Source: an uncultured Acidobacteriaceae bacterium
GTDB taxonomy: Bacteria; Acidobacteriota; Terriglobia; Terriglobales; Acidobacteriaceae
Length of the DNA stretch: 64,000 nt
Direction: 5' to 3'
NCBI GenBank assembly: GCA_964591805.1
Contig: CAZQDD010000008.1
Location: 27,667-91,666 of the forward strand
A program made the translations under genes and the position numbers. Each line of letters starts with the position of its first letter. Within the stretch, counting starts at the first letter, position 1. The notes under the pieces were generated by a model that was not told where the DNA came from, searched no databases, and saw only the letters and a program-made list of their open reading frames with translations. Below are positions 55,078 to 64,000 of this stretch, one piece after another.

Positions 55078-56574
55078 ATGCCGAGTGAAAAAGTCCTAAT
55101 CGTCGATGACGAAAAGTTGGTGCGTTGGTCCCTGCGCCAGAAGTGCGAAGAGTGGGGATACCAGGTATCGGAAGCCGAGAATGGCACGGACGGACTGCGC
55201 CTGGCCCACAACGACTCTCCCAACCTGGTGTTGCTGGACGTGCGCCTGCCCGACATGAACGGCTTGCAGGTGCTGCAGCGTCTAAAGCAGGCGGGAGACG
55301 CGCGCGCCATCATCATGATTACGGCGGACCCTCAACTGGAAGACGTAAAGCAGGCCCTCAAACAGGGCGCATACGATTTCATCGGAAAGCCGATCGACTA
55401 CGACGAACTGCGGGTCGCGGTGAAAAACGCGCTGGAAGCAACCAAGTTGCGTTCCGAGAACGAGACGCTGAAGAAAGAGGTGATGCAGCGCCGCCGCGCC
55501 TCCTATCACGATGTGGTCGGCGAGTCCCAGCGGATGCACGACCTGATGTCGTTCGTCAACAAGGTTGCCTCCAGCGAAGCCACCACCATCCTCATCCAGG
55601 GCGAGAGCGGAACGGGTAAGGACCTGATCTCTCGCGCCATTCACTTCGAGAGCCGGAGAAAAGACAAGCCGCTGATCGTCATCAATTGCTCGGCGATTCC
55701 CGAGACCCTGATGGAGGCCGAGCTCTTCGGCCACGAAAAGGGCGCATTCACCGACGCAAAATCGATGAAGAAGGGCTTGTTTGAACAGGCGGATGGCGGC
55801 ACGCTCTTCCTGGATGAGATTGGCGAACTCTCCGGCCTGTTGCAGGCCAAACTGCTCAGGGTGCTGGAGGAGCAGGTCATCCGCCGAGTCGGCGGCGTGA
55901 AAGACCAGGAAGTGGATGTGCGCGTGATTGCCGCCAGCAACCGCGATCTGGAGCGCGCCGTACGCGACGGACAATTCCGCCAGGATCTCTACTACCGCCT
56001 GGCCATCATTTCGCTCTTCCTGCCGCCGCTGCGTGACCGCCGCGAAGACATTCTGCCACTGGTGCACTTTTTCATCGAGCGCTACAACAAACGATTTCGC
56101 AAGTCCGTACGCGGTATTACTCCGGAGACCCGCGAGCTGCTGACCAAGTATGACTGGCCCGGCAATGTGCGCGAACTGAAAAACGCAATCGAACGCGCCA
56201 TGATTCTTGAAGACGACGACTTGCTGCGTCCGGTCTACCTGCCATTTTCCGTCGGTTCGCCCCTCAGCAGCCTGACCGCCTTTGAAGTCTCGTCGGGAGG
56301 AAACGTCGCGGCCGGCAGCGGGCTCATCCTGTCCCCGCCTGAGACCCAGGTCGTCAACGGCAAAAACCTGCCCCGGCTATCGATTCCGGAAGGCGGCACG
56401 AGCCTGGAGGAGATCGAGCGAACTTTTGTCGAAATGGCAATGCAGCAGGCCAATCGTAACCAGACCCAGGCAGCCAAACTGCTTGACATCAGTCGCGACG
56501 CTCTACGCTACAAGCTGAAGAAATTCGGTCTGATGCATTCGGAAGACGAAGAGGTGAGTACTCCCCGGCAGTGA
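55078..56574 (+). CDS. Sigma-54-dependent response regulator (NtrC family: REC, AAA+, Fis-type HTH)
   Basis: The REC domain has LLDVRLPDMNG. Walker A is GESGTGKD. The GAFTGA-type loop reads EKGAFTDA. Also present are ELFGHEKGAF, RVIAASNRDL and the C-terminal HTH NQTQAAKLLDISRDALRYKLKKFG. Confidence 0.9.
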   Translation: MPSEKVLIVDDEKLVRWSLRQKCEEWGYQVSEAENGTDGLRLAHNDSPNLVLLDVRLPDMNGLQVLQRLKQAGDARAIIMITADPQLEDVKQALKQGAYDFIGKPIDYDELRVAVKNALEATKLRSENETLKKEVMQRRRASYHDVVGESQRMHDLMSFVNKVASSEATTILIQGESGTGKDLISRAIHFESRRKDKPLIVINCSAIPETLMEAELFGHEKGAFTDAKSMKKGLFEQADGGTLFLDEIGELSGLLQAKLLRVLEEQVIRRVGGVKDQEVDVRVIAASNRDLERAVRDGQFRQDLYYRLAIISLFLPPLRDRREDILPLVHFFIERYNKRFRKSVRGITPETRELLTKYDWPGNVRELKNAIERAMILEDDDLLRPVYLPFSVGSPLSSLTAFEVSSGGNVAAGSGLILSPPETQVVNGKNLPRLSIPEGGTSLEEIERTFVEMAMQQANRNQTQAAKLLDISRDALRYKLKKFGLMHSEDEEVSTPRQ

Positions 56575-56648
56575 AGCAGGCGAACGGCGGAGAATTCGGG
56601 ACGCGGATTTCCGTCGCATGATTCCAGGGTGTAATCCGCACTTCCAAG

Positions 56649-56671
56649 CGGCCCTCGCGGCCGTTTTTTTT
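56649..56671 (+). terminator. Short GC hairpin plus T8 run after the response regulator gene
   Basis: cggcc, loop ctcgc, then ggccg, followed by tttttttt (56664-56671). Confidence 0.55.
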
Positions 56672-56864
56672 CGACACTTCCGCCGCCATTCACCATGGGC
56701 CCCGGAAATCGGAGCGATGGCTCCGCAACCAAAGATGCGGAATCGTCCGCACATCTGGGGCAATTCGCACAGAGGAAAAGACGAGTCTTGCACAAGCAGC
56801 GTAGTGGTTAATTCTAAGTGGTTGAAAAGAAAAAGAAAAACTTCACGAGAATTTGTGTACAGTT

Positions 56865-56880
56865 TGGCCCACTATGTGCC
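56865..56880 (+). promoter_or_regulatory. Candidate sigma-54 promoter: TGGCCC-N5-GTGCC
   Basis: TGGCCCACTATGTGCC has canonical GG/GC spacing and shares the first eight bases (TGGCCCAC) with the resB candidate. It ends 29 nt upstream of the proposed hemA TTG start. Confidence 0.45.
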
Positions 56881-56908
56881 TTTCTACGAGGGACAAAGGA
56901 GAATTTCC

Positions 56909-58195
56909 TTGGAACCGACCTTGGTGGTGATCGGCATCAGCCTCCGCAGCGCCAAACTGGCCACGCGTGAGCGCTTTCTGCTGGACACTGGCAAGAGATC
57001 GGAGGCGCTCTCCGCGTTGGGCCGCTCGGATGCGATCGATGAAGTAATCGTTCTCTCCAATTGCAACCGCACCGAATTTCTTGTCTGGACGCAGGATGCT
57101 TCCGAGGCTGCCAACTCGGTGCTCCGCTTCTTGACGCGGTCGAGCAATTTGAAGCTGGCGGAGTGGTCGAACTTCTACCGGCTGGTAGGCGATGCTGCCG
57201 TGGCCCACATCCTGCGCGTAGCATCAGGCATTGATTCTCCCGTCTTCGGCGAACCGGAGGCAGCCAATTCTGCCCTTTCCGCCTGGCAACAGGCACAGAG
57301 AGCCAGCACCACCGGACGGTTTCTTGACGCGTTGATGGCCAAGGCATTCAGCGTGTCGTCCCGAGTTCGACAGGAGCTGGGGACTGCTTCGACCAAGACA
57401 ACCACGGCAGAGGCCGCGCTTGCAGCGTGCCGCGAGTCGCTTGGCGACCTGCGCCACAGCCGCGTTCTCATCCTGGGTGCAGGGCAGATGGCCCTGGCCG
57501 CGGTGCGCGAGTTTCAAGCTGCGGAGACCGGTGAAATCACGGTCGTGAATCGCAACTGGGATCACGCCCTGCAGCTTGCCCGGCAGTGCAAGGTCAAGGC
57601 AGCCCACGCGGAAACCTTATGGGAACAGGTCCTGCGGGCAGACGCGGTTGTTTCCGCCGCCGCGCAGCGGGTGCTGCTGACGCGCGAGGAAATGGAAGTT
57701 GTGCTGCGCGAGCGCAAGGACAGGAAGATCGTAATCGTCGATCTGGGTGTACCCCGCACGGTTGATTTCCAGGTTCGCACTCTGGCCGGAGTTACCGCCT
57801 ACGACCTCGACGATCTTTGCGACGCCATGGACAGGAGTGAGCAACGCCGCACCATGCTGCCGAAGGCGGAACGCATCATCGCCGAAGAGGCCGCGGGTTT
57901 TCGCAATAAGCTTCTGTCGGAGTCGATCCTGCCCACGATTTCCGCCGTGCGCGAGAGGCTGGAACTCATTTGTCAGCAGGAAATGGATCAGTTGAACGAA
58001 CAGTTCGGGCCCTTTACCGAGGATCAGGCGGTCGCCTTGGCGGCGCTCTCGGCGCACATCACGCAGCGCATTTCGGCGACGATGGCGAGGCAGCTGAAAG
58101 AGATGCCGGGGCGCTCCGAGTTGACCGCTGCCATTCAGCACCTGTTTCAACTGGAAGTGCACATCTCAAAGGCCGCCCCCAAAGTTACTGACTAG
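56909..58195 (+). CDS. hemA: Glutamyl-tRNA reductase
   Basis: LVVIGISLRSAKLATRERF, NRTEFLVW, VASGIDSPVFGEPE and ILGAGQMALAAV are HemA signature blocks. The proposed TTG start at 56909 lies 7 nt after AAGGAG. I judge the track extension from 56618 to be non-coding. Confidence 0.85.
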   Translation: MEPTLVVIGISLRSAKLATRERFLLDTGKRSEALSALGRSDAIDEVIVLSNCNRTEFLVWTQDASEAANSVLRFLTRSSNLKLAEWSNFYRLVGDAAVAHILRVASGIDSPVFGEPEAANSALSAWQQAQRASTTGRFLDALMAKAFSVSSRVRQELGTASTKTTTAEAALAACRESLGDLRHSRVLILGAGQMALAAVREFQAAETGEITVVNRNWDHALQLARQCKVKAAHAETLWEQVLRADAVVSAAAQRVLLTREEMEVVLRERKDRKIVIVDLGVPRTVDFQVRTLAGVTAYDLDDLCDAMDRSEQRRTMLPKAERIIAEEAAGFRNKLLSESILPTISAVRERLELICQQEMDQLNEQFGPFTEDQAVALAALSAHITQRISATMARQLKEMPGRSELTAAIQHLFQLEVHISKAAPKVTD

Positions 58196-58428
58196 TCAGG
58201 CGATCACTCCCGCTGCATCCCGGTCAATCTGTTTCGTTCCCCACGATCCCAAATCGAACCCTAACCACCCTGTACCGATCCGGGAACAACTGCGCCTGAT
58301 GGTTTGAGCAGGCCGCTGCTGTCTGCCGGCTCATCTTCCGTTATAGAACACAGATGCTTGGTGCAGGCAGTTTCGCGGAACGTCGCGTCGCCCACATCGC
58401 GTCTGCCGGTTGATCCGGGGAGGGTGGA

Positions 58429-58902
58429 ATGAAGCGCATGGCGTTGCTATTCGTAATGGTACTGAGTGCCGCAACTTTCTTGCAGGCCCAGGGCCACTGG
58501 TCCTTCAAGGGCACCGTGATCAAAATGCGAATGACCGATTGCGCGATGCAGCGCGGTTTCATGGCCACCATGTCTGGAGTTTCGGCGCCTGCCGGGATTA
58601 TGTGCCCGGAGTTTACGGTGATGAGCGACAAGGTCGTGTACGTGGTCGTGGGGCGGCGCGGCGAAGAGTTTATTCCCCTGGCGGAGGATATGGAATTCCT
58701 GATCCGCAAGAATGAGCTGGTCATCTTTTCCGACGACGAGAAAACAAAAACGCATTTTGCGATTCAGCAGATGACACTGCGCGCGGACTGGGATCGCGAG
58801 GAGGAACGCAAGGAACAAGCCGCGAGAATGATGGATCGCAGCGCGGACTACGAAGTGCGTAATTCTCCCCGGGCCTCCATGGTTTCCACCAACGCAAGAT
58901 GA
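58429..58902 (+). CDS. Small secreted hypothetical protein
   Basis: Signal peptide MKRMALLFVMVLSAATFLQAQG. No recognisable motif. Confidence 0.55.
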   Translation: MKRMALLFVMVLSAATFLQAQGHWSFKGTVIKMRMTDCAMQRGFMATMSGVSAPAGIMCPEFTVMSDKVVYVVVGRRGEEFIPLAEDMEFLIRKNELVIFSDDEKTKTHFAIQQMTLRADWDREEERKEQAARMMDRSADYEVRNSPRASMVSTNAR

Positions 58903-58993
58903 TGCTTCGAAGGGCATCCCGATCGCGCTGTCGCGTACCGCGCAACCAACCGGCGGATGCAGCCGTTCGTGAGGATGAACGGAGGGTTTTGCA

Positions 58994-59923
58994 ATGCAGC
59001 TTTCGACGCGGAGCCGAATCGCACTTTTCCTGTTCTCATTACTCGTGGCCATTGTGCTGTCATTCCTTCCTCTCCGTGCCGCCGATGAAACCGGTTACAC
59101 GTTCCGGGCCGGCACGAACGAAGTGCGGCTCGCCTTCGCAGCCTCCGACCGCCAGGGCCGCGTCATCAAGACATTGCAGAGCTCTGACGTTGCGGTGGTG
59201 GACAACGGATCGATCATTCGCCGCTTTCGCAGTTTCCGTTCCGCCTCTGAAAGCCCGCTGGAACTGGTGGTCGTGCTGGATGCCAGCGACTCGGTCGAAT
59301 CGCAAATTCCACTGGAGATCGCCGCGGTAAAAAATTTTGTTGAAGACTCGGCCTGGGGAGAGCGGGACAGGGTGTCAATTCTGTCATTCGGCGGGCTGCA
59401 GCCAGAGCTGCTTTGCGCGCGGAACTGCCATGAAGAAGCCGCGCGAATCAAGCTGAGTGCGCTGCGCGCCAACGGCGATACGCCACTGTACGACGCGCTG
59501 TTTCAGGCGGCGGAGATCCTGAAGGAAAACCGCGATCCCGCGTCCCGTCCAGCGATGATTCTGCTCTCCGATGGCGCGGACACGATCAGCATGCACTCGC
59601 TGCCCGACGCCCTAAACGCAGCGCAGAATTTGCAGTCCCCTATCTACTCGGTCAACTCCCGCTCCAGAAAATCCGCGCCGGGCAACGGGGATGGGGTGCT
59701 GGATTATCTTGCCGTGTGCACGGGTGGACTGAGTTTTGCGCCGGGACAAAACGTGGAGGAAGTTTTGCGCGTGGTACTGGAAGATCTGCACAGCGGTTAC
59801 GTGCTGACCTACGAGTTGCCCGAGCGATCCATGGGGCCGCACTCGGTGCAAATTCTTCCGACCAGGGATCCGGCACTGCAATTCCGTTCACGCCGGGCCT
59901 ACAACAATACTTCAAATGAGTAG
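58994..59923 (+). CDS. VWA (von Willebrand factor A) domain protein, acidobacterial type
   Basis: An N-terminal anchor is followed by a beta-rich region and then the MIDAS-type VVVLDASDSV motif and GDTPLYDAL. The architecture resembles the VWFA-related domain proteins abundant in Acidobacteria, as far as I recall. Confidence 0.7.
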   Translation: MQLSTRSRIALFLFSLLVAIVLSFLPLRAADETGYTFRAGTNEVRLAFAASDRQGRVIKTLQSSDVAVVDNGSIIRRFRSFRSASESPLELVVVLDASDSVESQIPLEIAAVKNFVEDSAWGERDRVSILSFGGLQPELLCARNCHEEAARIKLSALRANGDTPLYDALFQAAEILKENRDPASRPAMILLSDGADTISMHSLPDALNAAQNLQSPIYSVNSRSRKSAPGNGDGVLDYLAVCTGGLSFAPGQNVEEVLRVVLEDLHSGYVLTYELPERSMGPHSVQILPTRDPALQFRSRRAYNNTSNE

Positions 59924-60160
59924 AACAGGAAATAAGTATAAAAACGGAACAATCCGGCGGGGTGTGGGGTACGGAGCAAACGCGCCGGCGGCGGCCAGAC
60001 GATTGGCGAGATGGATAATCGTTTGGAAGGCGAAATTTAGCATTCCGGCAATCGTTTGGCACAGCTCCGAAGGATTGGCAAGACAGGCAAATTTCCCTCT
60101 GGCAACCATTGCCTGATTGGACAATGGTTGCCAGGGTTCGGCCGTGGTCGCGGCCGAGGT

Positions 60161-61327
60161 TTACAGGGAACGCTGATAAACTTCCTTCAATTCTTCCAGG
60201 GAGAGCACAACGGGATTCGCCTTCATGCTGCTGGCGCGAGCAGATTTGCTCACCACCTCATCGGCGTCGCCGGCGGTCATACCGAATTTTGCCAGTGGCG
60301 GGATCGCCAGTTCGCGGCTGAGCATCTGCACGAACTCAACACCGTCGGCAGGTTCCGCCGCCGGGTTTCCGGTGAGGCTGCGGGCGACGGTGCGATAGCG
60401 CTGGAGCATGGCTTCGGAGCCCTGGTCTCCGACGGCCTTGAGGTGCGCGATGTTAGCCGCCATGCCATGGGGAAGAATGGCGGCGCAGATGGCGCCGTGG
60501 GGCGCGGGGAACATGCCGCCAATCACGCCGGCAAAGCCGTGCACGACGCCGAGGCCGGCATTGGCCAGGGCCAGGCCGCCGAAGAGACTGACCAGCGACA
60601 TCCCGGTGCGAGCCTCCATGTCAGTGCCATCGTGGAAGGCGCGCGGCAGCGATTGCGCACCCTGGGGGATGGCCTGCAGGCAAAGCGCATCGGTGAATGG
60701 ATTGGCGCGCGCCGATGTGTAAGGCTCGATCACCTGGGTGAGTGCGTCCATGCCGCTCCAGGCGGTTGTGCTTGGAGGAAGATTGCGGGTGAGATCGGGA
60801 TCAACGATGGCGGCGACAGGCAGCATGGAGGCCGAGCGCAGGCTGACCTTGACGGCATGCTCAGGCGAGAAAAGCACGGCGTTGCGGCTGACCTCGGCGC
60901 CGGTGCCCGAGGTGGTGGGGATGGCAATGCAGGGTGCGCTGGCGTGCTCCATCGGGTGGCCCTTGCCGATCACCTCGAGGTACTCGAACAGGTCGGAGGT
61001 GTTGCGCATGAGTGCGGCGATGGCCTTGCCGGTATCCATCACGGCGCCGCCGCCGATGGCGACAACTCCGTCGCAGCGCGCCTCGATGGCCATCGCCACG
61101 CTCTTTTGTATTACGGGAATGCTGGGCTCGGAATCGACACCGAGATGGACGACCTCGATTCCTGCCTGGATCAAAAGGTCGATGACCGGTTGCAAGGAGT
61201 CCACGGGATTGTAGGTGACGACAAGCACGCGGCGGAGAGCATGACGAGCGGCTAGGGCGGGTAACTGGGCGACTTTGCCTCGTCCAAAAAGAATCTGCTG
61301 CGCGGTGGCGAATTCGAAGGATTGCAT
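60161..61327 (-). CDS. Iron-containing (group III) alcohol dehydrogenase
   Basis: AIGGGAVMDTGKAIA, IAIPTTSGTGAEVS and the GVVHGFAGVIGGMF..PHGAICA His motifs are present. The antisense ORF 60056..61255 is rejected. Confidence 0.85.
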   Translation of the reverse strand: MQSFEFATAQQILFGRGKVAQLPALAARHALRRVLVVTYNPVDSLQPVIDLLIQAGIEVVHLGVDSEPSIPVIQKSVAMAIEARCDGVVAIGGGAVMDTGKAIAALMRNTSDLFEYLEVIGKGHPMEHASAPCIAIPTTSGTGAEVSRNAVLFSPEHAVKVSLRSASMLPVAAIVDPDLTRNLPPSTTAWSGMDALTQVIEPYTSARANPFTDALCLQAIPQGAQSLPRAFHDGTDMEARTGMSLVSLFGGLALANAGLGVVHGFAGVIGGMFPAPHGAICAAILPHGMAANIAHLKAVGDQGSEAMLQRYRTVARSLTGNPAAEPADGVEFVQMLSRELAIPPLAKFGMTAGDADEVVSKSARASSMKANPVVLSLEELKEVYQRSL

Positions 61328-61574
61328 GGGATTAGCTCCTGAGCAATCATCCTACAACCCTGGAAGCTGGCTGCGCGGGAAAATGTTGGGCTGGGAGCGG
61401 CGATTCCCGGCGGGGTTGGGAGGTTGAAGCGTCCCCTGCGGCCGCACGGGAGATTCAAGCGGTGCTCGAGTCGTCGCCTGGCTGGCGACGGCACTCTTGG
61501 GAAAACGCCCGGCCAGGGCAGCGCCCACACGGGGTGCGAGCGCTGCGGGCAAAAACAAAAGAACGGGCCGCTGG

Positions 61575-63917
61575 CTATTGCAAGGTGACAAGGACCTCGA
61601 TGACGCCGGTGCCTTGGTCGAGTGAGCCGAGCGCCTTGCCGACGACGGCGCCGAGCATGCGGTTGCGGTCAGTGCCCTTCATGGCGTGGCCGGGGGTAGA
61701 GGATGAGACCAGCAGGTCGCCGCGATGGATGGGACCATTTTCGGCAGTCACCTTGCAGGGCACGATTCCCACCATGGCGAGGGGAATTTCCGAGGCCAGG
61801 CGGGGATCATCCATGGTGTGAGGCGTGGCCAGGATTCCGGGCTTGGTGGCATAAATGCCGGCGACCAGGGTGGAATAGGGTTGGGAGACCTGTTTGAACT
61901 GGCGGTCGCGGGCGGGATCGACCGTCATCAGGTCTCCGGGAGCGTAGGCGGCAACCGCACCTTCGACCTCGACGGACTCGGCAAAGTCGGCCCCGCCGGT
62001 TTGGGTGCCGTTGTCGAAGAAGCCCTTGCCGGTGGCGTCAACGCGGAAGACGTTGGTGGCGACGGCACTCGAGTTCACGACCTGCCCGAGTAGCACCGTG
62101 CCTCCGGTGCCGGCCTGGAAGAGACCGGCGTTGCCGCCGGAAACGGGAGTGCAGCCGCTGTTGGTACAGGTGCTGCCGACTCCGTAACCGACGACGCCAT
62201 AACCATTGGGGTCAAATGATTGTCCCCACACGGCATAGCCACTGGGACTGAAAACCTGTCCCTTGACCCCGACCGTGCTTCCGGTGTTTGCGCCGGAGTA
62301 GCCAAAAACGCCAACACCAGAAGTCGAATATACGACACCCTCAACCCCGGCTACGCCGCCGGATGTAATTGTGGAGACGCCTACGACTGGAACGCCTAAA
62401 CCGGTGGTTTGGCCAACGACTGCGGAAGCGGCCGATGCGGCGTTGGTGGCAATTGCGTAGATCACGTTGGCCCCGGCATCGCCCGAGGCCGAGGTGGCAT
62501 AGATGGTGTTCGGCGACAGGCCGGTGTTGTCATCCTCCACCTTGAGCCCGAAACCATATTGGCCGGTTCCCACGTTAATGGTCTGCGGGAGAGTGAAAAC
62601 ATTGGCGGCCACAAGGCTGGCCGCGCCCGTAACCTTGGAGACGCTGACGTCATGCACCTTGGCATCGGTGATGCCAAGGCTGGCGACAGCAACGGTGGGA
62701 ACTGAGGCGGTGCCTGCGACCGTGATGGACGAGTCCCCCGCTTTGACCGAACTGACCCCGCCGCCGCCCCCGGTCGCGGCCGTTGTCTGGGTGGTGCCGT
62801 CGGGGAACCGGAAGCCGCCGCTGGTGCTCTGGATGACGCCATTGACGGAGAGCGGAAAGGCTGGCGTAGTGGTGCCGATGCCGACGTTGCCGGTGTTGTC
62901 AATGCGCAGACGCTCGGCGCGGGAGGTGGTGCCGTTCCCGGTGGTCGCAATGGTCATCGCCGTACCGTTGGCGGATGAAGTCCAGTTCTCGGTGGCGATG
63001 AAGCTGACCTTGACCCGGCTGCCGGGGAACGCCGAGCCGTTGTATCCGGCGGCGGCGAACTGTCCGAGGTTGTCGCCGCTCCGGGTGGCGAGCGGGGTGG
63101 TCGAGGTGCCGCGGGCGCTGATGAAGTTGAAGTTAGGCGAGTCGCCTGGGGTGTTGGAATAGTTGTCGATGCGCAGTGTGGGGTTGGTTCCCGAGACTTC
63201 CAGCGGGTTGGCCGGTTTGGTGGTGCCGATGCCGACGTTTCCGCCGGTCTGGAAGATCAACGAGTTGCCGAGGTCTCCTGCGGTATCGGTAAAGACCGGC
63301 AGGTATCCGGCAATGGCGCCCGAGGCCGCGATGGCGGCAACGACAGCCTTGTTGACGGCCGCGTTTACGGCAGCCGTGTTGATGTAAGCGCCAGGCGCGG
63401 CGGAGGATGGCGGAACGGTGACGGCGTCGGCGCGCAGGAAGGCCGACGCGGGCAGGCCGCCGAGGGTCTCGGAGTCCGAGGCTTTGAGCGCGTAGGGAAC
63501 GCTGACCAGCAGGACGCGAGGCTGTTCGGGCTGACCCTCGGCTTGGACGCCGAGCCAGCGCGCTTCCCCGTTGCTGAAGACTTCGACCGGGATGCCGTTG
63601 ACGCTGCGTGCGCCGAGCAGCGAGTTGTAATGGCCACTGGAGTCAACAGTGATGTTCTGGACTTCCTGCCAGAGCGGAGCGCCCCCGGTTTGATCCTTGT
63701 AAAGCGCGAAGATGACGCCAGCGGTTCCGGCCTGGGCACCGGAGATGGTTCCGCTGAACTTGACCAGATGCGGCACCGTGACGCCGTCTTCAGCGTAGGC
63801 ACGGCCGAGCACAAGAGTGGCGCATAACACGATGGTAGCCAAGATTGTAACCAGGATTGTAACCAAGCGGCGTAGATGGGGAACGAGCGAGTTGCCAACG
63901 GCGTGCCGTCCAGACAT
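61575..63917 (-). CDS. Large secreted Gly/Thr/Ser/Ala/Val-rich surface protein, tail-fibre-like, with a distinct C-terminal domain
   Basis: An N-terminal anchor/signal is followed by the VSVPYALKASDSETLGG block, which is common in tail-fibre-like proteins. About 450 aa of low-complexity G/T/S/V/N beta-type sequence follow. The C-terminal globular part begins GGADFAESVEV, resembling the DYAE-type autoproteolytic (peptidase G2-like) motif. Confidence 0.6.
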   Translation of the reverse strand: MSGRHAVGNSLVPHLRRLVTILVTILATIVLCATLVLGRAYAEDGVTVPHLVKFSGTISGAQAGTAGVIFALYKDQTGGAPLWQEVQNITVDSSGHYNSLLGARSVNGIPVEVFSNGEARWLGVQAEGQPEQPRVLLVSVPYALKASDSETLGGLPASAFLRADAVTVPPSSAAPGAYINTAAVNAAVNKAVVAAIAASGAIAGYLPVFTDTAGDLGNSLIFQTGGNVGIGTTKPANPLEVSGTNPTLRIDNYSNTPGDSPNFNFISARGTSTTPLATRSGDNLGQFAAAGYNGSAFPGSRVKVSFIATENWTSSANGTAMTIATTGNGTTSRAERLRIDNTGNVGIGTTTPAFPLSVNGVIQSTSGGFRFPDGTTQTTAATGGGGGVSSVKAGDSSITVAGTASVPTVAVASLGITDAKVHDVSVSKVTGAASLVAANVFTLPQTINVGTGQYGFGLKVEDDNTGLSPNTIYATSASGDAGANVIYAIATNAASAASAVVGQTTGLGVPVVGVSTITSGGVAGVEGVVYSTSGVGVFGYSGANTGSTVGVKGQVFSPSGYAVWGQSFDPNGYGVVGYGVGSTCTNSGCTPVSGGNAGLFQAGTGGTVLLGQVVNSSAVATNVFRVDATGKGFFDNGTQTGGADFAESVEVEGAVAAYAPGDLMTVDPARDRQFKQVSQPYSTLVAGIYATKPGILATPHTMDDPRLASEIPLAMVGIVPCKVTAENGPIHRGDLLVSSSTPGHAMKGTDRNRMLGAVVGKALGSLDQGTGVIEVLVTLQ

Positions 63918-64000
63918 GGATCCTCCATTCTCAAGTTGTTGGTTGAAAATTGATTTCTAACAACAGCGCAGATGAGACCAAAGAAGGATGATGTTGGAGC

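Noticed and set aside
147-63934. Numerous long ORFs antisense to, or in alternative frames of, the genes called above. Examples are 147..845, 1430..2026, 2337..3161, 6513..7517, 8062..9219, 15883..16956, 16271..17869, 18077..19270, 24705..25529, 28220..29587, 51021..51896, 55282..56067, 60056..61255 and 63365..63934.
   Set aside because: Each overlaps an ORF with clear family motifs on the other strand or frame. Their translations are Arg/Ala/Gly/Pro/Ser-rich low-complexity sequence without motifs, as expected for spurious ORFs in 60-65% GC DNA.
1-64000. CRISPR arrays, tRNA/rRNA genes, transposases, integrases and prophage blocks.
   Set aside because: I saw no regularly spaced direct repeats, no tRNA-like T-arm/acceptor sequences, and no ORFs with DDE, tyrosine or serine recombinase motifs. 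The only phage-like element is the isolated tail-fibre-like gene at 61575..63917.

Overview
High-GC bacterial chromosomal segment (by eye about 60-65% GC, with two lower-GC islands). It is probably from an Acidobacteriota genome; this rests only on protein types such as an acidobacterial-style VWA protein, CarboxypepD_reg/TPR proteins and many NHL/TPR proteins. I saw no rRNA, tRNA, CRISPR array, transposase or integrase. Many long ORFs in the track are antisense or alternate-frame artefacts of the high GC content.

Layout:
(1) 1-9.2 kb, housekeeping: 3' part of dinG, a GNAT gene, queD-queE-queC, folD, an HtrA-type protease.
(2) 9.5-15.8 kb: gmhA, then a minus-strand sugar-modification operon (NeuB-like synthase, KdsC-like phosphatase, ThDP enzyme, SDR epimerase, GtrB-like GT2, GtrA).
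(3) 16.3-22.1 kb: ggt, a TIM-barrel sugar-phosphate isomerase, an APC permease, a secreted CheR-like protein.
(4) 22.3-49.2 kb, the most unusual region: a roughly 10 kb multihaem cytochrome cluster. It encodes a 16-haem cytochrome, an NHL beta-propeller, a small tetrahaem cytochrome with its own terminator, a SurA-like PPIase, a 623-aa outer-membrane beta-barrel, a second NHL propeller and a 12-haem cytochrome. At least seven large polytopic membrane proteins flank it on both sides. Four of these are clear paralogues with GT-C-like features, and one of the four is split by a single in-frame TAA.
(5) 49.5-58.2 kb: a TM-anchored TPR protein, resB and ccsA (system II cytochrome c maturation), a histidine kinase, a sigma-54-dependent response regulator, and hemA.
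(6) 58.4-64 kb: a small secreted protein, a VWA protein, an Fe-alcohol dehydrogenase and a 780-aa tail-fibre-like surface protein.

Sequences fitting the sigma-54 -24/-12 spacing lie upstream of the barrel operon, the TPR gene, resB and hemA.

Main hypothesis: this is an acidobacterial outer-membrane electron-conduit or cytochrome-filament-type system. It appears to be co-regulated with haem synthesis and cytochrome maturation, and it sits inside an extracytoplasmic glycosylation gene set. All functional calls come from motif reading only; no database searches were possible.
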